From: Mizuhopecten yessoensis
Taxonomy: Eukaryota
DNA length: 64,000 bases
Reading direction: 5' to 3'
Assembly (NCBI RefSeq): GCF_002113885.1
Contig: NW_018406324.1
Location: forward strand, 626,681-690,680
In this document: piece by piece, positions 25,490-37,159 of the stretch
Layout of the letters: each line of letters begins with the position of its first letter
Numbering within the stretch: position 1 is the first letter of the stretch
The notes under the pieces: model-generated
What the model saw: only the letters and a program-made list of their open reading frames with translations
The model's database searches: none
What the model was told of the DNA's origin: nothing
Position numbers and translations under genes: made by a program

Positions 25490-26129
25490 AAAACAAGAGG
25501 CCCAGAGGGCCTGTGTCGCTCACATGGATATTTGAGCAATATAATAATAATAATAAAAAAGTACTTTTGCAAATATTTCCATATACTGAGTGTCCTTGTT
25601 CCAAACTAAATGAAACTTAATACTAATCTATCCCAGCATGCCAATGGTCAAATTTCATCACCCAGGGCCTCCTGGTATTGCGGAACATATTTGACCCCTG
25701 TGACCGTGAAAGTAGTCAAGGTACTTTATTGGGGAAACTTTATAGCATTTTGTCCTAGGTACATACTGCCAATTAACATTGCTCTCGGCCTCCTGGTCAT
25801 TCTGAAAAGGTTGTTTATTTTTTTTCTGCATCTTTGACCCCTGTGACCATGTATGTAGGTCAAGGTTATTTCTTTGTGAAAAAAGTATAGCACTTCATGA
25901 GAGGTACCTACTGCCCAAGTATCATTACTCTGGGCCTCCTGGTTAATGGTCAATCAAAAGAAGTTGCTTATTTTTTTTATACATATTTGACCTCTTTGAC
26001 CTCGAAAGAAGATCAAGGTCATTTATTCGAGGACTGTTTTTAGCACTCTGTCCCAGGTACCTACTGGTCAAATATCATGACCCTATGTCCTAAGTTCTTA
26101 AGAAGAAGTCGTTCGAGGTGAGCAAAAAC
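25490..26129 (+). mobile_element. Helentron-associated non-autonomous element (HINE-like) with internal ~145-150 bp repeats
   Basis: Starts aaacaagaggcccagagggcctgtgtcgctcac (small hairpin plus gctcac) and ends aggtgagcaaaaa (subterminal IR gctcac/gtgagc). Internal ttgacc(c/t)ct(g/t)tgacc...tcaaggt units at ~25691, 25834 and 25987. Confidence 0.75.
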
Positions 26130-27282
26130 TATGCGTGCGCAGACGACCATTAGTTGCTCTGGTCCTACCAAAAGAAATTGGTAGATTGTACCATAGTCTA
26201 CAGACATGCGCACCGTAGCTTCTTCTTTCTTTACACATGCGCAGTACACGTTTCTCAGATGAGTTCGGTCGTATATTAGTTAGACCAAAGTCACAATAGT
26301 TGATAATCGAACTCGCACATCTTATTTTTATTACAGATGTTTTTGATAAATTGTTTAACGTGGCTTACACTAATTAACATCATCTTTGCAGTAAAGTTAA
26401 GAATGAATATAGAAATGAATCATATAAAATTTATGAAATACATTTTTATCTTATGAACCGAAAAGCTTGCATGATATGGGTCTCTTCATTAAAATGTGTT
26501 TTGAACTGAGGAAGGTTGGCTTGCAACATACCTAAGTTTCATTATAATGCTTACATTTGCAGTTCGATCCTTTGAATGCATATTGTTTGGATGAAAAATG
26601 CAGTCAAATTGAATTAAATTGAATTATTATACTACATAAGATATAGTGCCGTATTTAGCTACAACAGGGGGAGGTAATCTGAGGCAGACATCGGGACATT
26701 TTTCTTCTTTTTGTGTTATATTAGTTGAGTTAACTAAGTTCCTTCTGGGGCTGGGCAGTGCTTAGCTCTATCAGATACGAGATTAGGACAATGCTATGAT
26801 GAGTTTGCTGTACCACTGTATATCGGACACAAATATCGGACAGCAGTTTGGCGCAGCCGTTTCTGTATCACAAAGGGCCGAACAGCAAGGCGGTGTCCAT
26901 CAGTCTACAACCCGAACAAGAGTCGGCCATAACGGCACAGGCGAGACGTTTATAGCCGAATAATATTGGAAAGACTCGCAAATAAAGGAGCAATTCTCTG
27001 ATTTAAACGACACAATCGAACATTCCTATACTCAAAAAGAGTGCATTTACGTGGAGATCCAATCGAACGGTCCCGCAAAAGGCGAGTTCGATTGGCATCC
27101 CGTAGGGACCCAAGCAATGATGTATGATGAGTATAAACGGCTCCTCGCTGGGCTTAGTTAATTGGTTCTGTACAATTTCCAGAATTTATTTCTAGATATT
27201 GAAAACTGTCGTGCTATGACGCAGCAGGATGTTGGAACAATGTCTACCCTCCGACAACTAAAGGCCGCTCAACATCGTCTGT

Positions 27283-27457
27283 AGCTATCCGATAACACTA
27301 CAGCAAGAAAAGAAGGAGCGTTTCGAAAGAAGACCTATTGAAATGAACCAATTCAATACCATATGCAGCTATCCGATAAATGCTACAGCCAAAAGTAGGA
27401 GCGTTTCGAAATAAGACCTATTTAAACAGTAGACGGAAATGAACCCCTTCAATACCA
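27283..27457. repeat. ~85 bp tandem duplication
   Basis: gctatccgataa...ctacagc...ggagcgtttcgaaa...agacctatt...gaaatgaacc...ttcaatacca is present twice. Confidence 0.8.
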
Positions 27458-27929
27458 CCCGACATTTATTTCATGTTTTTTTTTAGATTTAAAATGTAAA
27501 ACAATTGAAATAAGTTTAGATAATAAAACTTGAACACTGATTTGATAGTATTATAACAAACATTCGCTAAATTGTTTCCTTACTCTGCTCAAGTACTGGA
27601 AGAAATGATTTTCATTCCCGAATCATAGCAAAGACTTTTGACCAATTCTATGAAGTCGAGTCTGTATTGACCCACCCTGTCACCGCGACGCGCGATATGG
27701 TTGGTGTGCACTTATAAACAGCCGAGAACAACGAACTTTCCGCATCAATCTCGCTGTAGTAAGTAGCACTAGTTAGCGCCTGCTTTAGTAAAACACGATC
27801 TGAGCGACGTGCATTAGCACGGTCGGCCAACCCCGGGTCGATATTTACCGCTACTTTTCATGAAATTGTTCGTGTTTATGTCCTGAACCTATAAATCACG
27901 TGATACATTTTCCATCTAGCCTTGAAAAA

Positions 27930-27986
27930 ATGTCTGCCGTCATGGAAGGCCAGAGATTGACATTTAAAGACTCGCGATTCTTCAGG
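27930..27986 (+). CDS. Candidate short first coding exon (MSAVMEGQRLTFKDSRFFR)
   Basis: aaaaATGTCTGCC start context after a CpG-rich stretch with TCACGTGA. Ends in AGG|GTGAGT consensus donor (phase 0). No downstream exon identified; could be transposon-internal. Confidence 0.28.
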
Positions 27987-28895
27987 GTGAGTTAATCAAG
28001 ATACATCGTACAAGTCGATTGTGCTTGAAATCTGTTGCGGTGACCTCAGCATGCTTCTATACTATTTTTGATATTAAAACAAAACGGAAATATTACTTTA
28101 AAAGGCACATTTATCATTTTCTTCAACGAACTTTTAGTAAGTGATGTGAAAGTATGTATATGCAGTGCACACAGGCGCTTAACTGTTCGTTCAGACGCTT
28201 TAATATTGTTCATAACTCACGGACTGGGTCGCCGGGACATTTTATCCGGCTAGGCAAGATAATTGTTTGTGACACGAAGCGGTATCATAGAGAAGGGTAT
28301 AAGACAATAAATATGGATAAGAAAAGCCTTCCCGCTCAGAAAAAACACATAGCTCTTCAAAAAAGTTTACATCATACCGGAAAAAAATTAACGTCCCGCC
28401 CATATTTAATACTAGCTGCTATGGCAAAAACTTATAAAGATCAACTTAGGAATCTGTTTCAGACGGGCCATTGTTTAATGATGGATATTCTAGAGAGAAA
28501 TACTTTTTATTTTGAAACGTTTTTGACATTACGAACTACCAGTCTGACATCCTTACATTGACAAGCCTAAAGTTTATGGCGCTATAAAGCGGTATATATG
28601 AGCGATAGAACAAATACTTAACATTCCATAAAAGGCTTTGGTGCAGTGTAAGGTCGTCCCTTAGAAAGGCATTAGCAAAAGTATTAGGGGACAAAAATGT
28701 TTGAGTCTGGGGCAGGATGCAAATTTAAATAATAATAATAATAAAAAATAATTTAAAAAAAATCAGAAAAAATAACAACTCAAAACAAGACCCAGTATAT
28801 GTAAACTATGAATGGCAACCAGGATTCGGACTCGTATCTTTGAGGTACAATTGATTTAACGATTCCCTGTGAAATGTTCAAATGGGAGTTTTGTA

Positions 28896-29063
28896 AAGGA
28901 TTGACCTTCATTTTGACGGCGTATACTGTAGTATGAAAGCAGTTGGCAACGAACATATTCTATAGTGCGCGTTAGCGCTCCTTAAAGAATACGTTCGTTG
29001 CTAACTGCGTTCATGCTACCGTATACGCCGAAAAAATGAAGGTCAATCCTTATATTTACATTC
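28896..29063. mobile_element. ~155 bp long hairpin terminus of a Crypton-like non-autonomous element
   Basis: aaggattgaccttcatttt...ggcgtatac...gcagttggcaacgaac [gcgcgttagcgc apex] gttcgttgctaactgc...gtatacgcc...aaaatgaaggtcaatcctt. Followed by atatttacattc as in 30420-30437. Palindrome is seen directly; superfamily is inferred. Confidence 0.7.
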
Positions 29064-30346
29064 AATAAATGTTTAAATGCTACATTATGCAGAAAAAAAA
29101 GTCGAAGCGGGTTGCCACGATGGTAACTACGGTAGCCGTGGTTGCTAGGAAAATATGGTTCCAGTGAATCTACATCGATATATATGTAAATTTAGACAAC
29201 ACGCAGAAAATTTTAAAATTAAATAATGTGAAAAGCCCTTCGAACTTTTCTATTTATTTACAACGTTCGTCATGTACGCGCGTTGACACACTGCTCATTG
29301 AGTGACGCGGTCAGAACGAAGTCGCCATTGTTGACATTACCGCCAAAGAAATTTGAATGTGCATCCATGGATTAAGAAGTTTGTCAGCATTTGTTTTGTA
29401 TAATTAGACACAATGAATCCCGAATATGTTCTATGTATCTAGATGGTGAATGATCTAAGCATTGGTTGTCATTGGACTGTTATCTCGCTGAAGCGTGAAC
29501 GGCGCCATATTAGAAACAAGTATCAATCCGCCGAGCCTTTTTTCACTGCGTATACGGTAATTTATTCGCAGTCAGAGTTTACTAAGACGAAGAAGGGAGA
29601 CATGTTCATGTATTTGGTTGTACATTGATGTCGTCTTGACAACGTACATGTTCATATGTAACGATAATGGTGATTGATCTGAAGAAAAAATTGAACCCTG
29701 AACAAATGACATATTTGTTTTATGTGTCTCAAAATATATCACGTACAAGTAAGGACCAAAGGGAATTTATATGTGAAATTTTAGAAAGAGTCACAGAGGA
29801 CTTTTTGAGAAAAAGCGATGACAACATCGAACTGTATATTCGATGCGAGGTGAACATTTTGTAGCTGTTCCCAATCTTCGATAGATAAATAAAAATAAGT
29901 ACTGTCGAGGTCCAAGGTGGCTGCCCGGCGGTCATCTTGTTTTTTTCGATCAGTTGATAATGCAGAACTACGGTTCAAAGAAAACCTCATTGTCAAAATT
30001 GAGAAATAGCGATAACGGTATCAACTTTCAAAATAACATATACATATGTTGCTGCCTTGTGACCATCTTGATTTCCAGAAGTCTAAAATGACATGAACAA
30101 TTGCAGATTACGGGAAACCTACGTATAAAATCTGTGAAAGGAGCTCGGACCTCTGAAGATATAGCGGTTATAAATCTGAAGCTGTCAAAATACAAGATGG
30201 CGACTTGACGGCCATTTTGTTTTAATCGATTAAACCCGCCCAACATCCGATATTTCATTTTAGATTGTAGTTACATATGAATGTTAATATTCACATCTCC
30301 ACTGCACAGAGCCTATATGTTTCTACCGGACCCAATGTATGTTATT

Positions 30347-31581
30347 TAAGGATTGGTTCAATATATCGCAAGCCCGATGTAGTTTGCACGCCAATAAACG
30401 TCAAAAATATGACAACCAATCCTTATATTTATATTCCAAACCAACAATATTAGTTGTGCAATGTTGCGAGTAATGTTAATTGCTGTTTTAAAACTCTTAT
30501 ACACACCGACTGGGTCAGCGGTAAATTGTTCGGAACAGCCGGGTAGTTTCGCATTCCACAGTCGTTGTCAAAGGCAACCAGGCCGACAAAAACAATAAAC
30601 AAGAAAGTTCCACAGTAAACACATTAATTTAATACTTGATTTTTTTAAATTTAAATGCATATATGTCAATTACCAATTTGCATACTAACATGTGACCATT
30701 TTAATATATGTTGTGGCCATTTAGCGATTTAACTGTCATACAATAACATTTTAAGACACAACATAGCGGAACATCGCCACTTGGCGGTAATTAGGTCAGA
30801 GATCAGCTGGCGGAGGCGGCNATCATATTCTCGATTCATAAATAGTAACAAATGACATTTTGTAAGTAACTAATCAAGTGTCGTAAAACATTTTCCGATT
30901 TTATTGCGACCTATATCCGGCGCACGCACTCAACGGAAGCCCGCAGTCATCAGGTCAGAGTTATTTGCAGTCCGGCATGTTGTTGATGTTGATCTTGCAA
31001 CCGTAGAAGGTTGAATTGGTGAAAAATCCAGGCGTAAAATTGTTTGTTGATCTCACAGACACTTGAGACAGGCAGCTGGTGTAAGGGATCAAAGCAGAAG
31101 ATACCCATAAGTTCGGTAGTGACACTGTTAAGTTGCTCGGAGGTGTAAAGACTAACTTCAGTTATAGTCTCATAAGATGAAGCTGCTTTTGGCAGTACTT
31201 TAGTAGTGATATAGAAGGGCTTTGCCACACCAAATGTAAATATTTCCGTATAACATACATTGGGCTATTGTGACGTCGCTATGCTTATGACATCATAACT
31301 GTAACGTTGGAGATTGCACTACTCCAGTGTCAACTGGTGGCTGTTCTCTCTATGGATTTACCCTGACGTTGAAACATGTTCAGACTAATATTATGTCTTT
31401 ATTTCTGCGTGAACTGTAAGTTGATTAACATAAAATGTAAATATAAGTATTGGTTATCATATTTTTGACATGCATTGGTGTGTAACATACATTGGCTTAA
31501 GCGCGCACCATGTTTAATATGCAGGTAAGCCAATGTATGTTACACACCAATGCATGTCAAAAATATGACAACCAATCCTTA
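30347..31581. mobile_element. ~1.2 kb element bounded by two related hairpins (Crypton-like, non-autonomous)
   Basis: Left taaggattggtt...aaaaatatgacaaccaatccttatatttatattcc. Right near-perfect hairpin 31444-31581 (taagtattggttatcatatttttgacatgcattggtgtgtaacatacattggctta...taagccaatgtatgttacacaccaatgcatgtcaaaaatatgacaaccaatcctta). Internal coding relic present. An N at 30821 lies inside. Confidence 0.6.
30961..31161 (-). pseudogene. C-terminal coding relic, Ser/Thr/Pro-rich linker ending in GFFTNSTFYGCKININN (Crypton/DUF3504-type C-terminus)
   Basis: A frame different from the listed ORF reads LKLVFTPPSNLTVSLPNLWVSSALIPYTSCLSQVSVRSTNNFTPGFFTNSTFYGCKININNMPDCK*. The F..xTF.xC.INI tail motif is recalled from Crypton-derived proteins. 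Confidence 0.4.
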
Positions 31582-31746
31582 AATGTTACGCAGCCTGACC
31601 GAGGTGTCTGGTATGTTTGTTTTTTCTTTCACCAAACGACCACTTGAAATCATGAGGTATAATGTATCTATTTCAACGATCTAAATAATTATATTAATTT
31701 TGATAAAAAAAAACCCACATCATGTTAAGTTAGCGGTTAGGTTATT

Positions 31747-31921
31747 CAGAGTTATCTTCTCTTGTGAGCAGGTATTGATTGTTACGTCATTGGTTTGTGT
31801 GAGAAAATTACGTCATTTTTTCAAAAATTGATGACGTTACTCTCACAAACGCATGACGTACACTGTACCAATCAATACCTGCTCACAGGAGCAGATAACT
31901 CTGCAATACGCAAAGACGGAA
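31747..31921. mobile_element. Palindromic MITE, left-truncated copy of 37982-38167
   Basis: cagagttatcttctcttgtgagcaggtattgattg...caatcaatacctgctcacaggagcagataactctgcaatacgcaaagacggaa followed by TA. Confidence 0.85.
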
Positions 31922-33824
31922 TAGAGTTTGAACAAACGACCACCTTTACCTTGACGAGCAACCGTTCCTTAATAGCAAAACAGCCCTGACCTTCAACACT
32001 TTGCTAAATTTCATGAATAATTGACTTTAAATTCACAATGCAATTGCCCTGAACTTAACGAACTATCCTGAACTCAACAAATGGATGAACATGAACTTAA
32101 CAAACAAATTCGCTGACTCTTAAACATTTTGCTCTCAAATCCACGAGCAACTGTGCCGCACTTTATGAAAGACCGACCCTTAACTTTAAGAACAACGGAC
32201 CCTGAACTTCCGATACATGATACATCCGACCATGAACTTTACAAACATCCTTGAAATATTTAAGAGGTCCCGCCCCTGAAATCTACGAGCAACTGTCATG
32301 GATATTAAAATATTCGATAGATAAGTGTACGTGTGCTAGGAACAGTTGCATCGCCAATAACTGAACACTGAACATATTTGTCATCATAATATAAGAAATG
32401 TAATAGCTCTTCCAATCTAAAAAAAAGCATTCTTAACATTCTTATTCAAATTCTTCGGAATATCTTTTGATTTAGAATAAAAATCCGAGAAATGCATCAT
32501 GATTGTCTCTGCTCAGTCATTAATATCTATATCGTCATTTATACAGCGTATTAGGAATCTATCAATGTTTCAAAGCGGTGATAATTGATGATAAATCAAA
32601 ATAACTGTGCCGATTTCAAGGCTTATATAACTTCGTCACATTTGCGCAGTTTGATAGAAGTAAAATTAATGGTGTACATTTTTATATCACACAACATACA
32701 AATTCCACAATCATTCACTTAAATGATGAAAAATGCTTTAAACAACTTTTAAATCTTGGTTCTCTTTAAATGCGAAGGAGAAATGAAGTTTACCGTATAG
32801 AGTAAAAAGTATTAACAACCCAGGAGTGATAGCTCAGAAGTAGTAATGACAAACAAACAGACACATTTACGCGCTTAAGGCTTGTAAATGACGCCAACGT
32901 TACAATAAGTAGGTGTTTAGCGAGCTCATCTTTCTGTATTAGTGATAGCAGCCGACCGCTACAGGAGCACGAGGTTTTCTCCAGCAACCGAGAGAAGCGC
33001 TTGATTATTCCCACTTTTCTCAATTACAGAATCCATACAAACGTAACGAGTGTGGTGATTTAAAAGCACCCTGGAGCATCACGGACTGGTATAAACACCC
33101 TAGAGCATTACGTTTGGGAGATCTCGTTCATTCGAGATGTGAAAATGACTAGCATTCTATTGGTTTTTGTCGACCAGTAATGGTCATTTAACGCACAAAG
33201 GGCGAAAAAGAATTGGTCAATACGTATTATCAGTGTCTAATTATCTCAATTTCTTTATTTGTTTAGCATAATTAATACAAAACTCCTGACAACAGATTAT
33301 AGGGCATCTTGAAAAATGTGGTCAAGATTATTTTGGAGTGTATAATTTTCTATATGGCATCCTACCGGCCTGATCCGTGATTCTCGAGCCATCAACTATC
33401 AATCAAATCGTCATGAATCAGACAGATGACCTTGACCTTGAGAAAAAGAATCACAATGAGTTCAGATTTGTCCTAGAAATGGCCGAGCGTTTCGTTGTAT
33501 ATTCTCTGCACTAATACACTGTAGGTGCAGGGGAATGATGTAAAGTTTCATAATTGTTACGAAGTTAAAGTTGTCTTTAATGTTATGCATACATTTTGGT
33601 AAAAAAAGGTAACATTTCATATAGTGTTTGTAGTGCTAATATGGTGGGTTTATCGGTAATAACCATTGATATATACAACAAAAGCGACACGTCATCCAGC
33701 GCGACCGTTTCGTTCTGGGCAAAACGACACGCATTGACGCAGTTTTATACACGTAACAAGATGAATTGTCATTGAAAATGACACAGCATTTTCAATAAGC
33801 GCTGTTAAGTAGATTTCCTGATGT

Positions 33825-34145
33825 GATGTATCGTATCTGGTTATGCAACGTTCTGTCGTCATTTTAGCGTGATCGCCGGAGTATCAGATCTGGTTACGCA
33901 ACGTTCTGCCTTTATGTTTGCGTGATTGCCAGAGTATCGAATCTGATTACGCAAAGTTCTGCCGTAATTTTCTGTGTGATCGCCGGAGTACCGAACCTAG
34001 TTACGTTACGTTCTACCGTCATTTGTTGTTTGATTGCCGTACTACCGAATCGTGAAGACCAAGACTCCAGTGTCGACGTCTTGTTTAATTGCCTGAGTAT
34101 CGGATCTGTATTAGGCATGGTTCTATCCTGGAGTATCGAATCTAA
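33825..34145. repeat. Degenerate ~54 bp minisatellite (gtgatcgccggagtatcgaatctggttacgcaacgttctgccgtcattt)
   Basis: About 6 recognisable units. Confidence 0.65.
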
Positions 34146-34207
34146 ATAAGCGAGGCTTTACTTTTTTTTACCCATTTACGGAAAAAACGCTGCATACTGA
34201 CCTTTGA

Positions 34208-34573
34208 GTTTGTTTGTTGGTTGGTTGGTTGTAGAGACTTTAACATCATAGCAACAGCTAGGGTCATTTAAGGACGTGCCCCCATGTGTATTGTGTTTGC
34301 GTAGATGTGTGTATGTGTGCCAGAGGTAGGGTATGTTGGGTACTTGCCTCCTTGTGATAGCGCGGATCTGATGCAGACATTAAAGTGCTATCTCACTGAA
34401 ATACCATTCCGAAGGCATCCAACACAGCATTCCGCCCGGTCACATTATACTGAATACGGGTGAACCAGTTGTTGCCATTACCCTAAATGCTGAACGTTAA
34501 GCAGGGAATAGCAACTATCATTTTTAAGGACTTAAGTATGTCCCGTCCTGGGGAGAAAACCCAATCGCCTCCC
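34208..34573 (-). mobile_element. Meta-domain-like tRNA SINE, copy 1
   Basis: Reverse complement of 52820-53205 over most of its length (gtgatagcgcggatctgat, gtgctatctcactgaaatacca, ccggtcacattatactga, gggtgaaccagttgttgcc). Has the shared tail and an (aacc)n end. Confidence 0.8.
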
Positions 34574-35409
34574 TGACCTTTGAGTACTCCGCTGCATGTA
34601 TACATAATATTAAAGTAGAAAGAAAGTTTCGCTAAGCTGCTGTCCTTTTGGGCTGGACTTGCTGAGGAAAAGCTAAACTATTATTATTTGAGTCATTACA
34701 AATAATGATACACGCACTTGATATTCTTTCTTGAAAAACCCGCAAGTATACATATGTCGGACAAGTCTTTTGTATACTTCAGTTTTTTGCGTTATTTATG
34801 TATGAATATACATTTTTTATTATTATTTCACGGTAGCCTTATTTTCGCGATCATCATGATTTGGTCAACACAACAATGACCATTTCTTATCTTAATACCA
34901 CATATTCTCATTTCAACTACGACCATTTGTATTCACACAAACAGAAAATCGCAGAAGTGATAAAGATATAGTCTGAGATTGATACTTAAAATAAAAAACG
35001 ATATATGTCATTGTTAGCAATCGATTCTCTTTCATAAAACAAACTACTACATCGTGGTATTATTTTTAAATTTGTATTGCTCTTTCAAGACAAAGACCCA
35101 CCCTCCTTAACCCTTAACACACACATAGGATAATATTTAAAAGGAGACAGTGGTATACTACCAGACTGTATAAGACGTCGACTAACAATAAGTATTGATA
35201 ATGGTATGTTTTTCCACATTGCTAATGAAGCGAGGGTAAACATTGGCTCAGACACATCAATACCCGGTACAGGGTGGCCCTGGACGATCGAAGGAAGTGA
35301 TAGATCATCAATACCTGTCCTTAACCAGGGCATAGAGAGGACATAGTATGTAGGTCATGTGACGTCACATCACCAGGTATATAAAGTTTACATATACAAA
35401 ACAGGTCTG

Positions 35410-35890
35410 TAGCAACCCTTAGTGTTACAAACCCCTTAGTAATGAACAATTCTTACGCTAAGGTTTTGTTTTACATTGATCCTGCTTTTCGTAACACAAC
35501 GGTTTTTTTCTCTGTTACAGTAGGGTTTTTGGTTCATGTGACACTCGGGCCCCGTTCGCATATCTGGTTCAATCGATTTGTTTGTTTTTAAATTTACATT
35601 TTCGGGTATAAATCCTGGCGGGCCTGCAAGTGGTTTGTTTCAGGCCTCGCAAGGCTTTGTCAAGGATCGCCTGAAAGTAGCATCAGATTACTGGGTCCGA
35701 CCTTAATTCATAAACGAACAACTCGGGTCAAACCGGTTCAATCTTTTGGATCGCGAAAAACGAATGCAACCTCAAGGGTTTCGTTTCGCCATTTTTTTTA
35801 TTCCACTACGGATTTTTGTTACACTGAGGGTTTTAGTTACACTTTAGGGTTTTTGTTACACTTAGGGGTTTTGTTACACTAAAGGTTGCC
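35410..35890. mobile_element. TIR element with internal gggtttttgttacac repeats, hosting a nested MITE
   Basis: gcaacccttagtgttacaaacccctta (35411) is an inverted repeat of taggggttttgttacactaaaggttgc (~35863-35889). Confidence 0.6.
35546..35772 (+). mobile_element. Dispersed MITE-like element, copy 2 (homolog of 11150-11363)
   Basis: Colinear similarity throughout. Ends gggccccgttcgcata / aaacgaatgcaacc. Confidence 0.6.
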
Positions 35891-36065
35891 AAAAAGGTCT
35901 TCTTCCGCTTATTAAGTACACGTGTATGCCTTTGAAATGCACATGGCTGTAACTTAGTACAGTCAAGCACAGACGTATGGCTTTATATGTGTCCGAGTAA
36001 AGTACTTATAGTTTTCCCAGCCATCGTCAGATAAACATTGTATAGCCAAAGTAACCTCCCCTGGT

Positions 36066-36123
36066 CAATCGGGAACCGTCGGCACTTTCCGTAAACGAGA
36101 AAAGTGCCGACGGTTCCAGATTG
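36066..36123. mobile_element. 58 bp palindromic micro-MITE with 23 bp TIR and perfect 10 bp TSD
   Basis: caatcgggaaccgtcggcacttt ... aaagtgccgacggttccagattg. Flanked by ctcccctggt at 36056-36065 and 36124-36133. Confidence 0.85.
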
Positions 36124-37159
36124 CTCCCCTGGTAGCGTAGCACAATGCAGGTCACGATATGGCCTCAGACCACAATTAGTTTCCCTATATGCTCTTATCA
36201 AAGAAAAACCCTTTAATATATTTGCTCGAAACCTGATCTTTATAGGTTTTGTTTAGCTATCCAAGACACATTTGTGATGAGCTGGAAAAGTATTCATGAC
36301 CCTCATTTTTTAAAGATATTTTTAATTATGTCAAACTTGAAATTCATGCTGAGGGGCCTAATAACATACCATATCCTTCCGTCAAAATATATTTCACACA
36401 AATTAAGTCATTCACATGTAAGAAATAAAAACTCATTTAAAAACGAGCCTTAAATTGAGGAATGCACTACATTTGTGTACAGCGAATCGGAAGCGTTAAC
36501 TGTGGTCTGCACGGATTGGACTTCCGGCGTATGCGCAACGTTTGTTAGAACTAGATTCCTAAACACCAGGTTCGACTTCCGGTTATTTTGGCAACGTGGG
36601 TCAGACTTTCATACGGGGTCTTCTTTTTTGTAGGTATCACTTCATGTATATGAAGAAAAAGTTGGAAAAATACATTTATGAACATTTTGGTCGGGTAGTC
36701 ATACACTTTTTCCGATTATCATCTTATGAAAAGAAAAACAATAATTATGAACTAATCCTATTGCCTTTAGGTCTGTTGTGTCCGACATTTTAGATACTAA
36801 ACACAACACCTGTTAAAATCACACAGGAATGGTGAGGTTCTGTGTTTCGGGATTATTCAGTAGACAACTGACCTTGTAGCGTAATACCAACATGGGCTCC
36901 CATACAAGTGTGAGGTTTTACTTAGCAAGGCGCTGAGAGGATAACATAAATCTGTATGGCATCAGGATTATAAACTTAATGCAGAATTTATCAAACACGC
37001 GTCTCGTCATGAGGGGCATTCGTTTGATGCTAACTGCATTGCGCTTCATCGATTCACGAGATGTGAAAGCTGTAGGATAGTATGACCCTAATTTCCTATA
37101 TTACTTTGTATTTATTTATTTCATACTTACTGATAAATACGGGTTTTTTGTATATGCGA

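Noticed and set aside
27060-27094. Hairpin caatcgaac...gttcgattg with the same CAATC/GATTG ends as the 36066 micro-MITE
   Set aside because: Stem is only 9-10 bp and has no flanking target-site duplication.
31722-31745. Degenerate telomere-like gttaagttagcggttagggtta at the truncated end of a MITE
   Set aside because: Only one exact TTAGGG, too short to claim telomerase-mediated healing.
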